64,000 nucleotides of DNA from contig CACGGX010000001.1 of NCBI GenBank assembly GCA_902572735.1, forward strand, positions 50,294 through 114,293, read 5' to 3'. Shown here one piece after another: positions 49,145 to 59,805 of this stretch. The position numbers and the translations under genes are program-made. The notes under the pieces were generated by a model, which was not told where the DNA came from, made no database searches, and saw nothing but the letters and a program-made list of their open reading frames with translations. This DNA is from an uncultured Alphaproteobacteria bacterium (GTDB lineage Bacteria; Pseudomonadota; Alphaproteobacteria; HIMB59; GCA-002718135). Numbering within the stretch: position 1 is the stretch's first letter; each line of letters starts with the position of its first letter.

Positions 49145-49834
49145 TTTAAATTTTTTAGAGAGATATTCGTCTCTTTCCAATAGCCATTCTTTCGCAAATT
49201 CAACATCTTGCCATTCAGAAAACCAAGGCCCACCCCGTGTATAATGAACTGCATAAGGTTTTAGATTATTGTGACCTGAGGTCCAACCCTCTAGCCAGTT
49301 CCATCTTTCATCTAGTGAGCCAATTTCATCATCTTTGCACCATTTAAATTGATGGAGATATGCTCCTGATTCATTATTGACTTTTTCTACAGTTAGATTC
49401 TTTGAACTTGGATGAGAACAATTATATAGAATAAAACTAGACCAATTTTTTCTTGGATATATAGTCTGCTTTTGCCCATCCATCTTATGTTTTTCTTTAG
49501 GGGTATAATCATGCTGTACACAATATACTGCTTTAGATTCATCAAGATTATTTAATAATTTTGAAACATCTCCTAAAAAAATAAAATCGCAGTCACAAAA
49601 GACTGCCCACCCTTGATAATTCATAAGTTTAGGCACTAAAAATCGTGAATAAGTAAATTGTGTAGAAGCAAGTGGATCAACATTTCTAGTATATAGATTT
49701 TTGGCTATAAGTTCGTCTAATTTTAAAGACACAACATCAACATCAATAGTTGAATGTTTTAAAAGTGAATGTTTACAAACTCTATAAGCAATGTCCTCTT
49801 TTGAGTCATAGCCAATAAAGAAATGAAGTTTCAT
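49133..49834 (-). CDS. GT-A fold nucleotide-sugar transferase (plant CDI-like / phage-type)
   Basis: FIGYDS.E, STQFTYSRFLVP, DCD (DxD), YPRKNWSS, WNWL, HYTRGGPW. Confidence 0.8.
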   Translation of the reverse strand: MKLHFFIGYDSKEDIAYRVCKHSLLKHSTIDVDVVSLKLDELIAKNLYTRNVDPLASTQFTYSRFLVPKLMNYQGWAVFCDCDFIFLGDVSKLLNNLDESKAVYCVQHDYTPKEKHKMDGQKQTIYPRKNWSSFILYNCSHPSSKNLTVEKVNNESGAYLHQFKWCKDDEIGSLDERWNWLEGWTSGHNNLKPYAVHYTRGGPWFSEWQDVEFAKEWLLERDEYLSKKFKSNS

Positions 49835-49835
49835 A

Positions 49836-51137
49836 TTATATTTTATTTTGTCTTAGCATTTTATAGGATGTCCAAACAAGTGAATTATAATATCCTGAAT
49901 TAGATAATGTGCTCCATTCCTCTTGTGACTGATTTGTAATTCCACAAATCCAAGTATATTCTGTGCTAGCATTTTCAGCCCTCAAAATCCAAGCATCACT
50001 TTTTTGCTTATCATTATTTTCTCCAAGTTCAATATCAGACATAAAATAACAGATTTCTTTTGAAGGATTAGGACCGATCATACCAGCTATATTTTTTCTT
50101 GCTATATCCCAATCTAAGTTTTTTATAGCAAAATAAATTAAAAGTTTTTTTGATTCTTCTAAATTTAGATTATTTTTAACTAATTCATTTATAAACTTAA
50201 TATCACTTAAATTATTTTGAATTATTATTTTAGTTATAATGGATCGAAGTAAATAATCTGGAGCTAGATTCCAATATTTCTTGATTAATTTAAATAAACT
50301 TCTTTGATCTTTGAAATTAGCAACTATTTCTAAATGAAGTTTTATATATGGAGGAAAGTTTTTCTTCAAATCAATTGCTTTATGAATATTGTTTAGAGCA
50401 TCTTTTATATCGCTATCAAATTTTATTTTAGCAATTTCATAAAATCCTATAGATTTATTTTCATTAAGATCGTTTTTGCTTATAAGTTTATTTGAGAAAG
50501 CTTTTTTTGATAATGATATTAGTTGGTTCCAATTTTTAGTTTTAGCAGCTATGAATATTAGTGTTTGATAAAGTTTTTCAATATTTGGGTTAATGGAAAA
50601 CAATTTTTCTCCATATAAAAAAGCATGATGATAATCTTGATTTTTCAAATTCTGTTCCATTAAGCCCCTATAGCCAAGACTTTCTGTCTTTTTTGATTTA
50701 ATCATATCTTCATAAACATTGTTTAGTTCTGGAAATTTTTTTTCTATCTTTAAAACTTCAGACTTTAGTAGAAGAGATAATGATGGATCATCATTTAGGT
50801 ATTGTGACATTTTTTTGTGAGATTTTATGGCAGTTTTATTATCCTTATTAGCAATCGCTATCATTGCATTAACAAAGTGCAAATACCCTTTTTCAATTTT
50901 TTTATATTTATTTTTTAACAAGTATTGTCCAAAGTATAATCTTGAGCGGAAAAATAAATAAAACACTAAGTATAGAAGAAAAATAAATGATATCAGAATA
51001 ACTGCAAATAAATTTGATGAAAAAGAATATTTAATGCTTCTAATATCTAAAGAAATGATAAATGGATTGGTAAAAATAAATGTTAACACTACAATTAATA
51101 GTAATAACTGCACTACAAAAACTAAAAATCTATACAT
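49836..51137 (-). CDS. HemY-like membrane-anchored TPR protein
   Basis: Two N-terminal TMs, LGYRGL, helical repeats, C-terminal W.C...W...SG..NSL.W. Confidence 0.7.
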   Translation of the reverse strand: MYRFLVFVVQLLLLIVVLTFIFTNPFIISLDIRSIKYSFSSNLFAVILISFIFLLYLVFYLFFRSRLYFGQYLLKNKYKKIEKGYLHFVNAMIAIANKDNKTAIKSHKKMSQYLNDDPSLSLLLKSEVLKIEKKFPELNNVYEDMIKSKKTESLGYRGLMEQNLKNQDYHHAFLYGEKLFSINPNIEKLYQTLIFIAAKTKNWNQLISLSKKAFSNKLISKNDLNENKSIGFYEIAKIKFDSDIKDALNNIHKAIDLKKNFPPYIKLHLEIVANFKDQRSLFKLIKKYWNLAPDYLLRSIITKIIIQNNLSDIKFINELVKNNLNLEESKKLLIYFAIKNLDWDIARKNIAGMIGPNPSKEICYFMSDIELGENNDKQKSDAWILRAENASTEYTWICGITNQSQEEWSTLSNSGYYNSLVWTSYKMLRQNKI

Positions 51138-52015
51138 TACCTAATCCTTGATATTTCCTTTATAAAGGTATCATAATTTTTCATTTCATTTGAAGAAATT
51201 TTAAAAAACTCTTCATACTTTTTGATTCTGCTTAAATTGTTATAAGCTTTAATTATATTTCTATTTTTTATATGAGATTTAATTTGTTCTAATATTAAAA
51301 TTTTTTCATTATCAATAATATTTTCAGAAGAAGGAGAAAGGTTTATATAAGGTAAAATAATTTTGTTAAGAAAACTATTATTTTGTTTTATCATACTCTT
51401 TAGATATGAATTAACCTCATTATTAAATTGATTTTCTAAAAATATGTGACCTTTATATGGATTAATTTTCAAGATTGATAATTTTTCTAAAACAGGAATA
51501 TTCTCTTTATCTAAGATAGTTTGGAGATACTTAAGTTCTTTATCAAAATTCATATTATTTTCATATTTAATTTTTATTAACTCAACTATCTCATCTATAG
51601 ATTGATTTATTAATTTAGGATTTTTATTTTTTTGATTTTCAATATTTTTATTTTTTATTAAAGATATTTCAGAATTTAAATTATTAAAATTTTTATTTAA
51701 TAAAGTAATACTTTTATTGATTTCTGCTAGATCAACTTTTGTTTCTTTGTTAGCATTCTCTTTGATAATTTTTTCTATATTTATTAAAGATTTTTTTGTT
51801 TCTAATATTTCATTAGATATATCTTTTATATATTCAGAATTTTCATTAATATTTGCCCTAAGTTCATTTTCTAATTCAAACTGATTTTTAGTAATCTTAT
51901 CTTCATTTTGATAATTTATATAAAGTAGATATGTTAAAAAAAGGACACAAGACAAAAGAAAAAAGCTTAAGAAAAATTTAGAGAAAATATAAAAACTATC
52001 AAATATCTTTTTCAT
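51137..52015 (-). CDS. membrane-anchored coiled-coil protein, probable alphaproteobacterial Mic60/mitofilin-like
   Basis: N-terminal TM and long coiled coil; directly upstream of hemY and divergent from tsaD. Confidence 0.5.
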   Translation of the reverse strand: MKKIFDSFYIFSKFFLSFFLLSCVLFLTYLLYINYQNEDKITKNQFELENELRANINENSEYIKDISNEILETKKSLINIEKIIKENANKETKVDLAEINKSITLLNKNFNNLNSEISLIKNKNIENQKNKNPKLINQSIDEIVELIKIKYENNMNFDKELKYLQTILDKENIPVLEKLSILKINPYKGHIFLENQFNNEVNSYLKSMIKQNNSFLNKIILPYINLSPSSENIIDNEKILILEQIKSHIKNRNIIKAYNNLSRIKKYEEFFKISSNEMKNYDTFIKEISRIR

Positions 52016-52076
52016 TACCTTTTTTTAGCATTATTAGATTGTTGTTTAACAGTGTAAAATATTGTACCAAAACATT

Positions 52077-53087
52077 ATGCTTGTATTTGCTGCCGAAACC
52101 TCATGCGACGAAACATCAATATGTCTCATGCAAAATAAAACTATTTTAGAGCATGTTACTTTTTCCCAAGAAATTCATAAAAAACATGGGGGGGTTGTAC
52201 CTGAATTAGCTTCTAGATCACACTTGGAAAAAATTCAAAATATTACAAGTGATTTGTTTTTAAAGACAAATATCGAACCTAGTAAAATAGATGTATTTGC
52301 AGCTACTTGTGGACCAGGACTCATAGGGAGTTTATTAGTTGGTTCAACATTCACTAAATCTTTAGCAATTTCTTTTCAAAAACCATTTATTCCAATTAAT
52401 CATTTAGAAGGTCATATTCTGTCTACAAGTTTTAATAACAATATCAAATTTCCAAATCTTATTTTGTTATTAACAGGTGGTCATACTCAAGTTTATCTTA
52501 TGAAAAATGAAAAGGATATAGAGCTTTTAGGACAAAGTGTAGATGATGCAATTGGAGAAGCATTTGATAAAACTGCAAAATTAATTGGGTTACCTTATCC
52601 TGGAGGTGCACAAATAGAAATAGAGGCTGTTGATGGTAACGAGGATAAATTTATTTTACCAAAACCACTAATTAAAGAAGATAACTTTAATTTTTCATTT
52701 TCTGGCATTAAAACACATATAAATATATTAACAAAAAAAAATAAAATTGATAAAAAATTTGTTAAAGATTTATCAGCATCATTTCAAAGGAATATAAGTG
52801 AAATATTAATTGAAAAGCTGGAAATAGGGCTAAAGAGATTAAGTCATGACAGAATAAATATAAATTCGATATCTATAGTAGGCGGTGTGTCAAATAATAA
52901 ATATATTCAAAAAAAAATAGAAAGTTTTTTTACAAAGAAAAATGTTGAGATATATTATCCCTTGAAAGAGATGATGGGAGATAATGCAGCTATGATAGCT
53001 TGGGCATGTTTAAAGTTTTATGATAAAAGTAGGTCTGACTTATTTTTTAAACCTAAACCTAGATTAAGCGTTAGAAGTATATTATAG
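52077..53087 (+). CDS. tsaD: tRNA N6-threonylcarbamoyltransferase TsaD
   Basis: ETSCDET, GGVVPELASRSH, NHLEGH, GGHT, DDAIGEAFDK, FSFSG, DNAAMIA. Confidence 0.97.
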   Translation: MLVFAAETSCDETSICLMQNKTILEHVTFSQEIHKKHGGVVPELASRSHLEKIQNITSDLFLKTNIEPSKIDVFAATCGPGLIGSLLVGSTFTKSLAISFQKPFIPINHLEGHILSTSFNNNIKFPNLILLLTGGHTQVYLMKNEKDIELLGQSVDDAIGEAFDKTAKLIGLPYPGGAQIEIEAVDGNEDKFILPKPLIKEDNFNFSFSGIKTHINILTKKNKIDKKFVKDLSASFQRNISEILIEKLEIGLKRLSHDRININSISIVGGVSNNKYIQKKIESFFTKKNVEIYYPLKEMMGDNAAMIAWACLKFYDKSRSDLFFKPKPRLSVRSIL

Positions 53088-53128
53088 TTTTGTCATATAG
53101 TAATTTATTAAATTAAAAATATAATATA

Positions 53129-53536
53129 ATGCAATATTGGTTATTAAAGTCCGAACCTGAAACTTGGTCATGGAGCAATCAGGTTAAAGAAGGTCCTTCA
53201 ATGTGGGATGGTGTAAGAAATTATCAAGCCAGAAATAATTTAATGAAAATGAAGAGAAAAGATCTTTGTTTTTTTTATCATTCAGTATCTGAAAAAAAAA
53301 TTATTGGTATTGTAGAAGTAGTTAAAGAATTTTATCCAGACCCGACAGATACAAGTGGTAAATTCGTAGTTGTAGATGTTAAAGCAAAAAATAAACTTAA
53401 AAAACCGGTTTCTCTTGAAGAAATAAAATCTAAAAAAACATTATCTAAGATTTCGCTTGTTAAACAAAGCCGACTGTCTGTTATGCCTATATTAAAATCA
53501 GAATGGCTTGAAATATTAAAAATATCAAATAGCTAA
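53129..53536 (+). CDS. EVE domain protein
   Basis: YWLLKSEP, WDGVRNYQARN, FFYHS, SRLSV. Confidence 0.95.
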   Translation: MQYWLLKSEPETWSWSNQVKEGPSMWDGVRNYQARNNLMKMKRKDLCFFYHSVSEKKIIGIVEVVKEFYPDPTDTSGKFVVVDVKAKNKLKKPVSLEEIKSKKTLSKISLVKQSRLSVMPILKSEWLEILKISNS

Positions 53537-54420
53537 TGGATAAGCATATTTTTTGGTTAGCATCTTATCCAAAAAGTGGGAACACGCTTATAAGAGCAAT
53601 ATTATCAGCACTTTTTTTTACTCCTGATGGAATATTCAACTTAAAGTTCTTAGAGTATATTAGACAATTTGAAAGCACTTATAATGTTTACAAAGCCAAA
53701 AAGCTTATAGGAAATGATTTATATAATTTAAATGAGGTATCGATTTTCTATAAGTACTTATTAAAGATTCAACAAAAAAAAATTTTAGATTTTAAAGAAG
53801 ATTTTAAATTTTTTAAAACTCATTCAGGTAATTTTAAAATTAACAATAATGCGTTTACTGCAGAAGAAAATATTAGGGGTGTAATATATATAATTAGGGA
53901 CCCTAGGGATGTTTGTATTTCATGGTCAAATCACACTGGCTGCTCATATGATGAGAGTGTAGATTTTATGACTAATGAATTACAATCATTATTATGGGTG
54001 AAAGGGAAGAATAATCTTTTTGAAAAAAATAATACACCTGTCTCATTTATATCAAGTTGGGATAAGCATGTAATTTCATGGACCTCTAATAATTGGAAAT
54101 TTCCATTATTAATACTTAAGTTTGAAGATTTAGTTTACAAAAAAGAAGATATTGTAAGAACAATAGCTAATTTCTTTACCAATAATTATGGTTTTAAATT
54201 TCATAACTTGGATCAAAAAATTATTAATATTTTAAAAACTACAAGTTTTAGTAATTTGAAAAAAAAAGAAACAAACGAAGGTTTTATTGAAGCACAAGAG
54301 GGTAGGAAATTTTTTAAAAAGGGCACAAAAGATCAATGGAAAAACCAATTAAATAAAGACCAGATATTAAAGATAGAAGAAAAATTTAAAGTGGTTATGA
54401 ACAAATTTAATTATAAATAA
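53536..54420 (+). CDS. PAPS-dependent sulfotransferase
   Basis: WLASYPKSGNT (5'-PSB), KTH, RDPRDVCIS (3'-PB), FFKKG...W. Confidence 0.9.
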   Translation: MDKHIFWLASYPKSGNTLIRAILSALFFTPDGIFNLKFLEYIRQFESTYNVYKAKKLIGNDLYNLNEVSIFYKYLLKIQQKKILDFKEDFKFFKTHSGNFKINNNAFTAEENIRGVIYIIRDPRDVCISWSNHTGCSYDESVDFMTNELQSLLWVKGKNNLFEKNNTPVSFISSWDKHVISWTSNNWKFPLLILKFEDLVYKKEDIVRTIANFFTNNYGFKFHNLDQKIINILKTTSFSNLKKKETNEGFIEAQEGRKFFKKGTKDQWKNQLNKDQILKIEEKFKVVMNKFNYK

Positions 54421-54457
54421 GTTGAATTTTTATATTTTTAGAAATAATCTCAATTGA

Positions 54458-56383
54458 ATGATGGAAATTAAAAAAAATTGGATTGAAGAAGGGAAAATTG
54501 ACTCAGAGACATATTCTTCACTCTATAACTACTCGATAGAAAACAATGAGAATTTTTGGAAAACACAAGGGGAGAGAATAGACTGGTACAAGAAATATAC
54601 AAAGACAAAAAATGTAAAATATTCAGCTAAGGATGTCAGTATAAAATGGTTTGAAGATGGTGAACTTAACGTATCATATAATTGTATCGATAGGCACGCA
54701 AAAAAAAATCCTGATAGAATTGCAATAATTTGGGAAGGCGATGATCCAAAAGAAACAAAAAAAATAACTTATAATGAATTATTATTAAATGTATCTAAGG
54801 CAGCTAATGTTCTAAAAAAGATTGGGGTTCAAAAGGGTGATAGAGTAACAATTTATCTTACGATGATACCTGAACTTGCATATATAATGTTAGCGTGTTC
54901 AAGAATTGGTGCTGTTCACTCCATTATTTTTGGAGGTTTTTCCGCAGATTCAATTGCGGGAAGAATCCAAGATTGTGGATCAGAATTTGTTGTTACTGCT
55001 AATGAAGGTATTAGAGGAGGGAAAAAAATTCCTTTAAAATTAATCACTGACCAAGCATTAGAGACATGTCCAGAAGTTAAAAAATGTTTAATTATAAAAA
55101 GAACAAATGAAAATTTAAAACTTAAAAATGGTAGAGATGTTTTTTACGATGACCTTGTTAAAGATGTTGAGGATTATTGCGAACCAGAGGTTCTAAATGC
55201 AGAGGATCCTTTATTTATCTTATATACATCTGGTTCTACAGGTAAGCCTAAAGGGGTAATGCATACAACTGGTGGATACATAGTCTACGCTTCAATGACT
55301 CATGAGTATATATTTAATTATAAACCAAAAGATATTTATTGGTGTACTGCTGACATTGGTTGGATTACCGGACATAGTTATATTATTTATGGACCTCTTG
55401 CTAATGGAGCGACAACTCTTATGTTCGAAGGTGTTCCAAATTATCCTGATTTTTCCAGATTTTGGGAGATAGTTGATAAACATCAGGTTAATATATTCTA
55501 TACTGCTCCTACTGCTATAAGAGCGTTAATGCGAGAGGGTGATGAATATGTTGAGAAAACTAAAAGAACATCATTAAAGCTTTTAGGTAGTGTTGGTGAA
55601 CCTATTAATCCAGAAGCATGGAAGTGGTACTTTGAGGTGCCTGGTAAATCAAAATGTCCTATTGTTGACACATGGTGGCAAACTGAAACTGGGGGAATTA
55701 TGATTTCTCCGCAAACAGGAGCAATGCAATTGAAACCTGGTTCAGCTTCAAAACCTTTTTTTGGTATAGAACCGTGTGTAGTAAACAAAGAAGGTAGAGA
55801 ATTGGAAGGTGAATGCGAAGGGATGCTATGTTTAAAAAGCTCATGGCCTGGTCAGATGCGAACTGTTTATGGTGATCATGACAGATTTATTAAAACTTAT
55901 TTTTCACAATTTGATGGTAAATATTTCACTGGAGATGGGTGCAGAAGAGATAAAGATGGTTATTACTGGATAACAGGGAGAGTTGATGATGTTATCATTG
56001 TCTCAGGTCACAATTTAGGTACCGCTGAAATAGAAAGTGCCTTTGTATCACATAAAGATGTATCAGAAGCAGCTGTTGTTGGCTATCCTCACGAAATAAA
56101 AGGTAATGGTTTATATTGCTATGTATCTCTTAAGGCTGGCATCGAAGAATCAGATGGTTTAGTCAATGACTTAAAAAAAACAATAAGAGAAAAAATTGGA
56201 CCAATTGCTACTCCTGATTTCATACATATAACTTCTGGATTGCCTAAAACTCGATCAGGTAAGATTATGAGAAGGATTTTAAGAAAAATTGCTTGCAACG
56301 ATTTTGAAAACTTGGGTGATACATCAACTTTGGCAGACCCATCAGTTGTAAATAATTTAATAGAAAATAGAAAAAATAAATAG
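54458..56383 (+). CDS. acs: acetyl-CoA synthetase
   Basis: [45 protein letters not shown]. Confidence 0.97.
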   Translation: MMEIKKNWIEEGKIDSETYSSLYNYSIENNENFWKTQGERIDWYKKYTKTKNVKYSAKDVSIKWFEDGELNVSYNCIDRHAKKNPDRIAIIWEGDDPKETKKITYNELLLNVSKAANVLKKIGVQKGDRVTIYLTMIPELAYIMLACSRIGAVHSIIFGGFSADSIAGRIQDCGSEFVVTANEGIRGGKKIPLKLITDQALETCPEVKKCLIIKRTNENLKLKNGRDVFYDDLVKDVEDYCEPEVLNAEDPLFILYTSGSTGKPKGVMHTTGGYIVYASMTHEYIFNYKPKDIYWCTADIGWITGHSYIIYGPLANGATTLMFEGVPNYPDFSRFWEIVDKHQVNIFYTAPTAIRALMREGDEYVEKTKRTSLKLLGSVGEPINPEAWKWYFEVPGKSKCPIVDTWWQTETGGIMISPQTGAMQLKPGSASKPFFGIEPCVVNKEGRELEGECEGMLCLKSSWPGQMRTVYGDHDRFIKTYFSQFDGKYFTGDGCRRDKDGYYWITGRVDDVIIVSGHNLGTAEIESAFVSHKDVSEAAVVGYPHEIKGNGLYCYVSLKAGIEESDGLVNDLKKTIREKIGPIATPDFIHITSGLPKTRSGKIMRRILRKIACNDFENLGDTSTLADPSVVNNLIENRKNK

Positions 56384-56386
56384 AGA

Positions 56387-56938
56387 TTATCTGGGCTCCC
56401 AATGCTTAAGACATCGGGGTTCATAAATATTTGCTGCGCCCACTTGAGTCCTTTCTCCGCCTACAGTTTTTCTATAAGTTTTGGTTGCCTCAACTCCACA
56501 AACATTACAAAAACCATATATTTTAACAATCTTATCTGATAAACCCAGAAGCATTGAAGATGTTTCCCAAGGTTTTCCTCTTGAATCTTGATCAAGACCA
56601 GCACAAACAACGTCTATTCCTTTATTCAATAAACTCTCAACATTTTTTAGGGTTTCGTGTGTATCCATAAATTGGATTTCATCCAGAAAAACCATATCGA
56701 CATATTTTTTATTAAAATTAAATTTAGTTAATGTCGTTTCCCAATTATTCATTGCATAACATTCGTGACTAAGATCATTGTGAGTTATAATTTTCTCATT
56801 AGAGTATCTATTATCAATACTAGGTTTAATAACTATAATTTTTTTATTTTGGTGCTTTGCCCAAAGAATTCTTTTTAATAATTCACTTGTTTTGCCTGCA
56901 AACATTGCACCAACGATAGTTTCAAGATTACCTCGCAT
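56387..56938 (-). CDS. tdk: thymidine kinase
   Basis: GAMFAGKT, DEIQF, AGLDQD, CNVC, YEPRC..H. Confidence 0.93.
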   Translation of the reverse strand: MRGNLETIVGAMFAGKTSELLKRILWAKHQNKKIIVIKPSIDNRYSNEKIITHNDLSHECYAMNNWETTLTKFNFNKKYVDMVFLDEIQFMDTHETLKNVESLLNKGIDVVCAGLDQDSRGKPWETSSMLLGLSDKIVKIYGFCNVCGVEATKTYRKTVGGERTQVGAANIYEPRCLKHWEPR

Positions 56939-57008
56939 AACTCAATATATTTTATTTTTATTTTTTATTATATAACTAATTTTGATAAATTATGAATTAT
57001 TTATAATA

Positions 57009-58289
57009 ATGATAAAGGGTGAAAAAGTAAGATTTGATATTCATAATATACTATTTTCAATTTATAAATTAAATCTAACTTTAAATAATAACTTTATAAA
57101 AAAAATTATTAATAGGCAAAAAAGAGAAGATATTGCTTTATTGCATAGTGTAACGTTAAACTCTATGAGATATCATTTACACTGTCTTAAGATAATAGAT
57201 AAATATATCAAAAAAAAAATTAGAGATCATGAAAAAATATTATTAATAAGCGCCATTACTCAAATTGTTTTTTTAGAATTTAAAGAATATGCCGTTATAA
57301 ATTGCTCTGTAGAAATAGCTAAAAAATTAAAATTATATTCTGGACTTATTAATGCTTGTTTGAAAAATATAGCTAAAGATAAAATTGAGTTAAAAAAAAT
57401 AAATATAAATTTTGATAATTTTCCATCATGGTTTCAAAAAGAAACTAATTATTTTTCTGATAATGAAAAAAGTCAATTTTTAAAATATTTTCACAATGAA
57501 CCAAATATTCATATAGTATTTAAAGATGAAAATAAATTGGAGAATTTCGAAGAAAAATTAATTAAAACATCAAAAGTATCAGGGTTTTTGTTGAATAAAA
57601 AAGATATTACAAAAAAAAAATCTTTTGCTAGAGGTGATTGGTGGGTTCAAGATTTTAGCTCTTTTTTTCCATTACATAATTTTCTAGAAAAAAATAAAAA
57701 TAAAAAATTTCTTGATGCTTGTGCTGCTCCTGGTGGAAAAGCATTTCAGCTTCTTTCTAAAAATCTTAGTGTTACTCTAAATGATAAAAGTAGAGCGAGA
57801 ATTGAAATCCTTAAATCTAATTTAAAACGTTTAAAATATAATCCTCAAATATTAAACAAGGACTTTACAAAATTTAGTGAAGTAGAAAAATACGATTGTA
57901 TTATAATTGATGCTCCTTGCTCATCTGTAGGAACAATAAGGAAAAATCCAGAAATACTATTTAAAAAAAAAGGACCAAATTTTAAGGAGCTAAATTTTTT
58001 ACAGAAAAATATGCTAGATAAAGCATCAGTTTTAGTAAATCAGAATGGATGCATAATATATATGGCTTGTTCTTTTTTTAAAAATGAAACTATCGATCAA
58101 ATAAACACTTTTCTCAAAAAAAATAGTAATTTCTTACTTTTAAATTTTAAATTAATTAAAGAAAACATTAACTACTCTAAACTTATAAAAGAAAACTTCA
58201 TGATAACCTTACCTGACAATATATTGAATAACAGTACAGATGGATATTTTGCAGCATACTTAAAGAAAAAAGACAATGATAGTATTTAG
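57009..58289 (+). CDS. rsmB: RsmB/NOP2-family RNA m5C methyltransferase
   Basis: NusB-like N-terminus, WWVQD, DACAAPGGK, DAPCS, Y..CS, DGYF. Confidence 0.85.
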   Translation: MIKGEKVRFDIHNILFSIYKLNLTLNNNFIKKIINRQKREDIALLHSVTLNSMRYHLHCLKIIDKYIKKKIRDHEKILLISAITQIVFLEFKEYAVINCSVEIAKKLKLYSGLINACLKNIAKDKIELKKININFDNFPSWFQKETNYFSDNEKSQFLKYFHNEPNIHIVFKDENKLENFEEKLIKTSKVSGFLLNKKDITKKKSFARGDWWVQDFSSFFPLHNFLEKNKNKKFLDACAAPGGKAFQLLSKNLSVTLNDKSRARIEILKSNLKRLKYNPQILNKDFTKFSEVEKYDCIIIDAPCSSVGTIRKNPEILFKKKGPNFKELNFLQKNMLDKASVLVNQNGCIIYMACSFFKNETIDQINTFLKKNSNFLLLNFKLIKENINYSKLIKENFMITLPDNILNNSTDGYFAAYLKKKDNDSI

Positions 58290-59805
58290 AAAGATAATAT
58301 TAATATTTATAGTTTTAAAATTTAGATCAATAAAAAACTTATCCTATCTTGATCTTAATTTTAGAAAAATAGATTTTACTAATTACAAGCTGATAAAATC
58401 ATTTATCTTTAAAAACAATTTTTATTTGAATAAAAATAAAAATATTCATAGTTTTGATTTTTTAAATTTCTCTAATAAACTTGGAGGAAAAATAGGAATA
58501 AATTTATCTAAAAATTCAATTTTTGGGTGGTTTAAATTTTATAGAAATAAATTAGGCTTCCCTTGGTCTGAAGATTTATCATCTAAAAGATTAGTTAATC
58601 TTTTGTATAATTATGAATACATAAATTCTTCAGCATCTTTAAGTGATAAGAAAAAACTAGATTTAATTATTTATTTTCATATCCAAAGAATATTATTTGA
58701 TTTTAATTACAAAAAAATAACAGAAATTACATCATTTGATTTAATTGCATATTTATTATCATGCTCAATTATAAAGAAAATTAATAGAAAAAATATTGCG
58801 TATGTTAAATTTATTGTAGAAAATCAGATTGACAAACTAGGAATGCATAAAAGTTATAATATACTAGAGCATTCTAAATTTATAAATAATCTTAATGAAA
58901 TAAAAAATATTTTACTTTTTTTTAAGTTTAGGGAATCAAAAATATTTGATGAAGTAATTTTAAAAATGACATCAATCTTAAACGAGTACTTTCACACAGA
59001 TGGCACAATACCATTATTTAATGGATCAAATAATATTTATACAAAAAGTGTATATGAGTCTTTAAATAAAGATCATTATTTAAAAAAAAGAAAATTTTTA
59101 AATGTAGAAAATGGAATTGCTTTTTATTCAGATAAAAATAAGAGGATTTTTTTTGATGTAGTTCAGCCAAATAAAGATATGACAAGTACTAACTTAAGCG
59201 CTGGAACTTTATCAATTGAAGTAAGTGGTTTTGGGGAAAAAATACTTTCTAATTGTGGCAGTACAGAAAGTTTTGGTAAAAATCCAGAATATTTAAGATA
59301 TAGCGCTGCACACTCAACAATAATTTTACAGAATACTAATATAAGTGAGATAAAAGAAGGTAATCCACATATAAAATTTCCACAATCTGTAGTCTTTAGA
59401 AAAGAAACAAATAATAAACAAGAGATATTTGAAGGATCGCATAATGGATACTTAAAAAAATTTAATAAAATAATTAAAAGAAAACTAATTATAAATAAAA
59501 ATATAGATAAAATAGAAGGTGAGGACAGTTTAATATCTTACAAAGAAAGCAATAATAAATTAATTTATCACATTAGATTCCACTTAGTGGACGAGATGAC
59601 ACTTAATTTTACAAATAATAAGAAAAATATAATTTTGAAAACAAAAAAAAATAATATTTGGTTGTTTAAAAGTAATACAGAATTAATAATCGAGGACAGC
59701 ATATTGGTTGATAATAATCTTACAAAACCTACTAAACAAATTGTTATTAAAGGTATATTGTCAGACAAGAAAATTTTAGAAAAATGGTCGTTAGAAAAAA
59801 TTTAA
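58276..59805 (+). CDS. heparinase II/III-like protein
   Basis: DGTIPLFNG, AGTLSIE, NCG, AAHST, HNGY, IRFHL; rsmB-hepII/III-purH synteny. Confidence 0.75.
   Translation: MIVFRKIILIFIVLKFRSIKNLSYLDLNFRKIDFTNYKLIKSFIFKNNFYLNKNKNIHSFDFLNFSNKLGGKIGINLSKNSIFGWFKFYRNKLGFPWSEDLSSKRLVNLLYNYEYINSSASLSDKKKLDLIIYFHIQRILFDFNYKKITEITSFDLIAYLLSCSIIKKINRKNIAYVKFIVENQIDKLGMHKSYNILEHSKFINNLNEIKNILLFFKFRESKIFDEVILKMTSILNEYFHTDGTIPLFNGSNNIYTKSVYESLNKDHYLKKRKFLNVENGIAFYSDKNKRIFFDVVQPNKDMTSTNLSAGTLSIEVSGFGEKILSNCGSTESFGKNPEYLRYSAAHSTIILQNTNISEIKEGNPHIKFPQSVVFRKETNNKQEIFEGSHNGYLKKFNKIIKRKLIINKNIDKIEGEDSLISYKESNNKLIYHIRFHLVDEMTLNFTNNKKNIILKTKKNNIWLFKSNTELIIEDSILVDNNLTKPTKQIVIKGILSDKKILEKWSLEKI

Noticed and set aside
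53129-53536. EVE protein as part of a modification-dependent restriction system
   Set aside because: Stand-alone EVE in its usual alphaproteobacterial position near tsaD, with no nuclease partner
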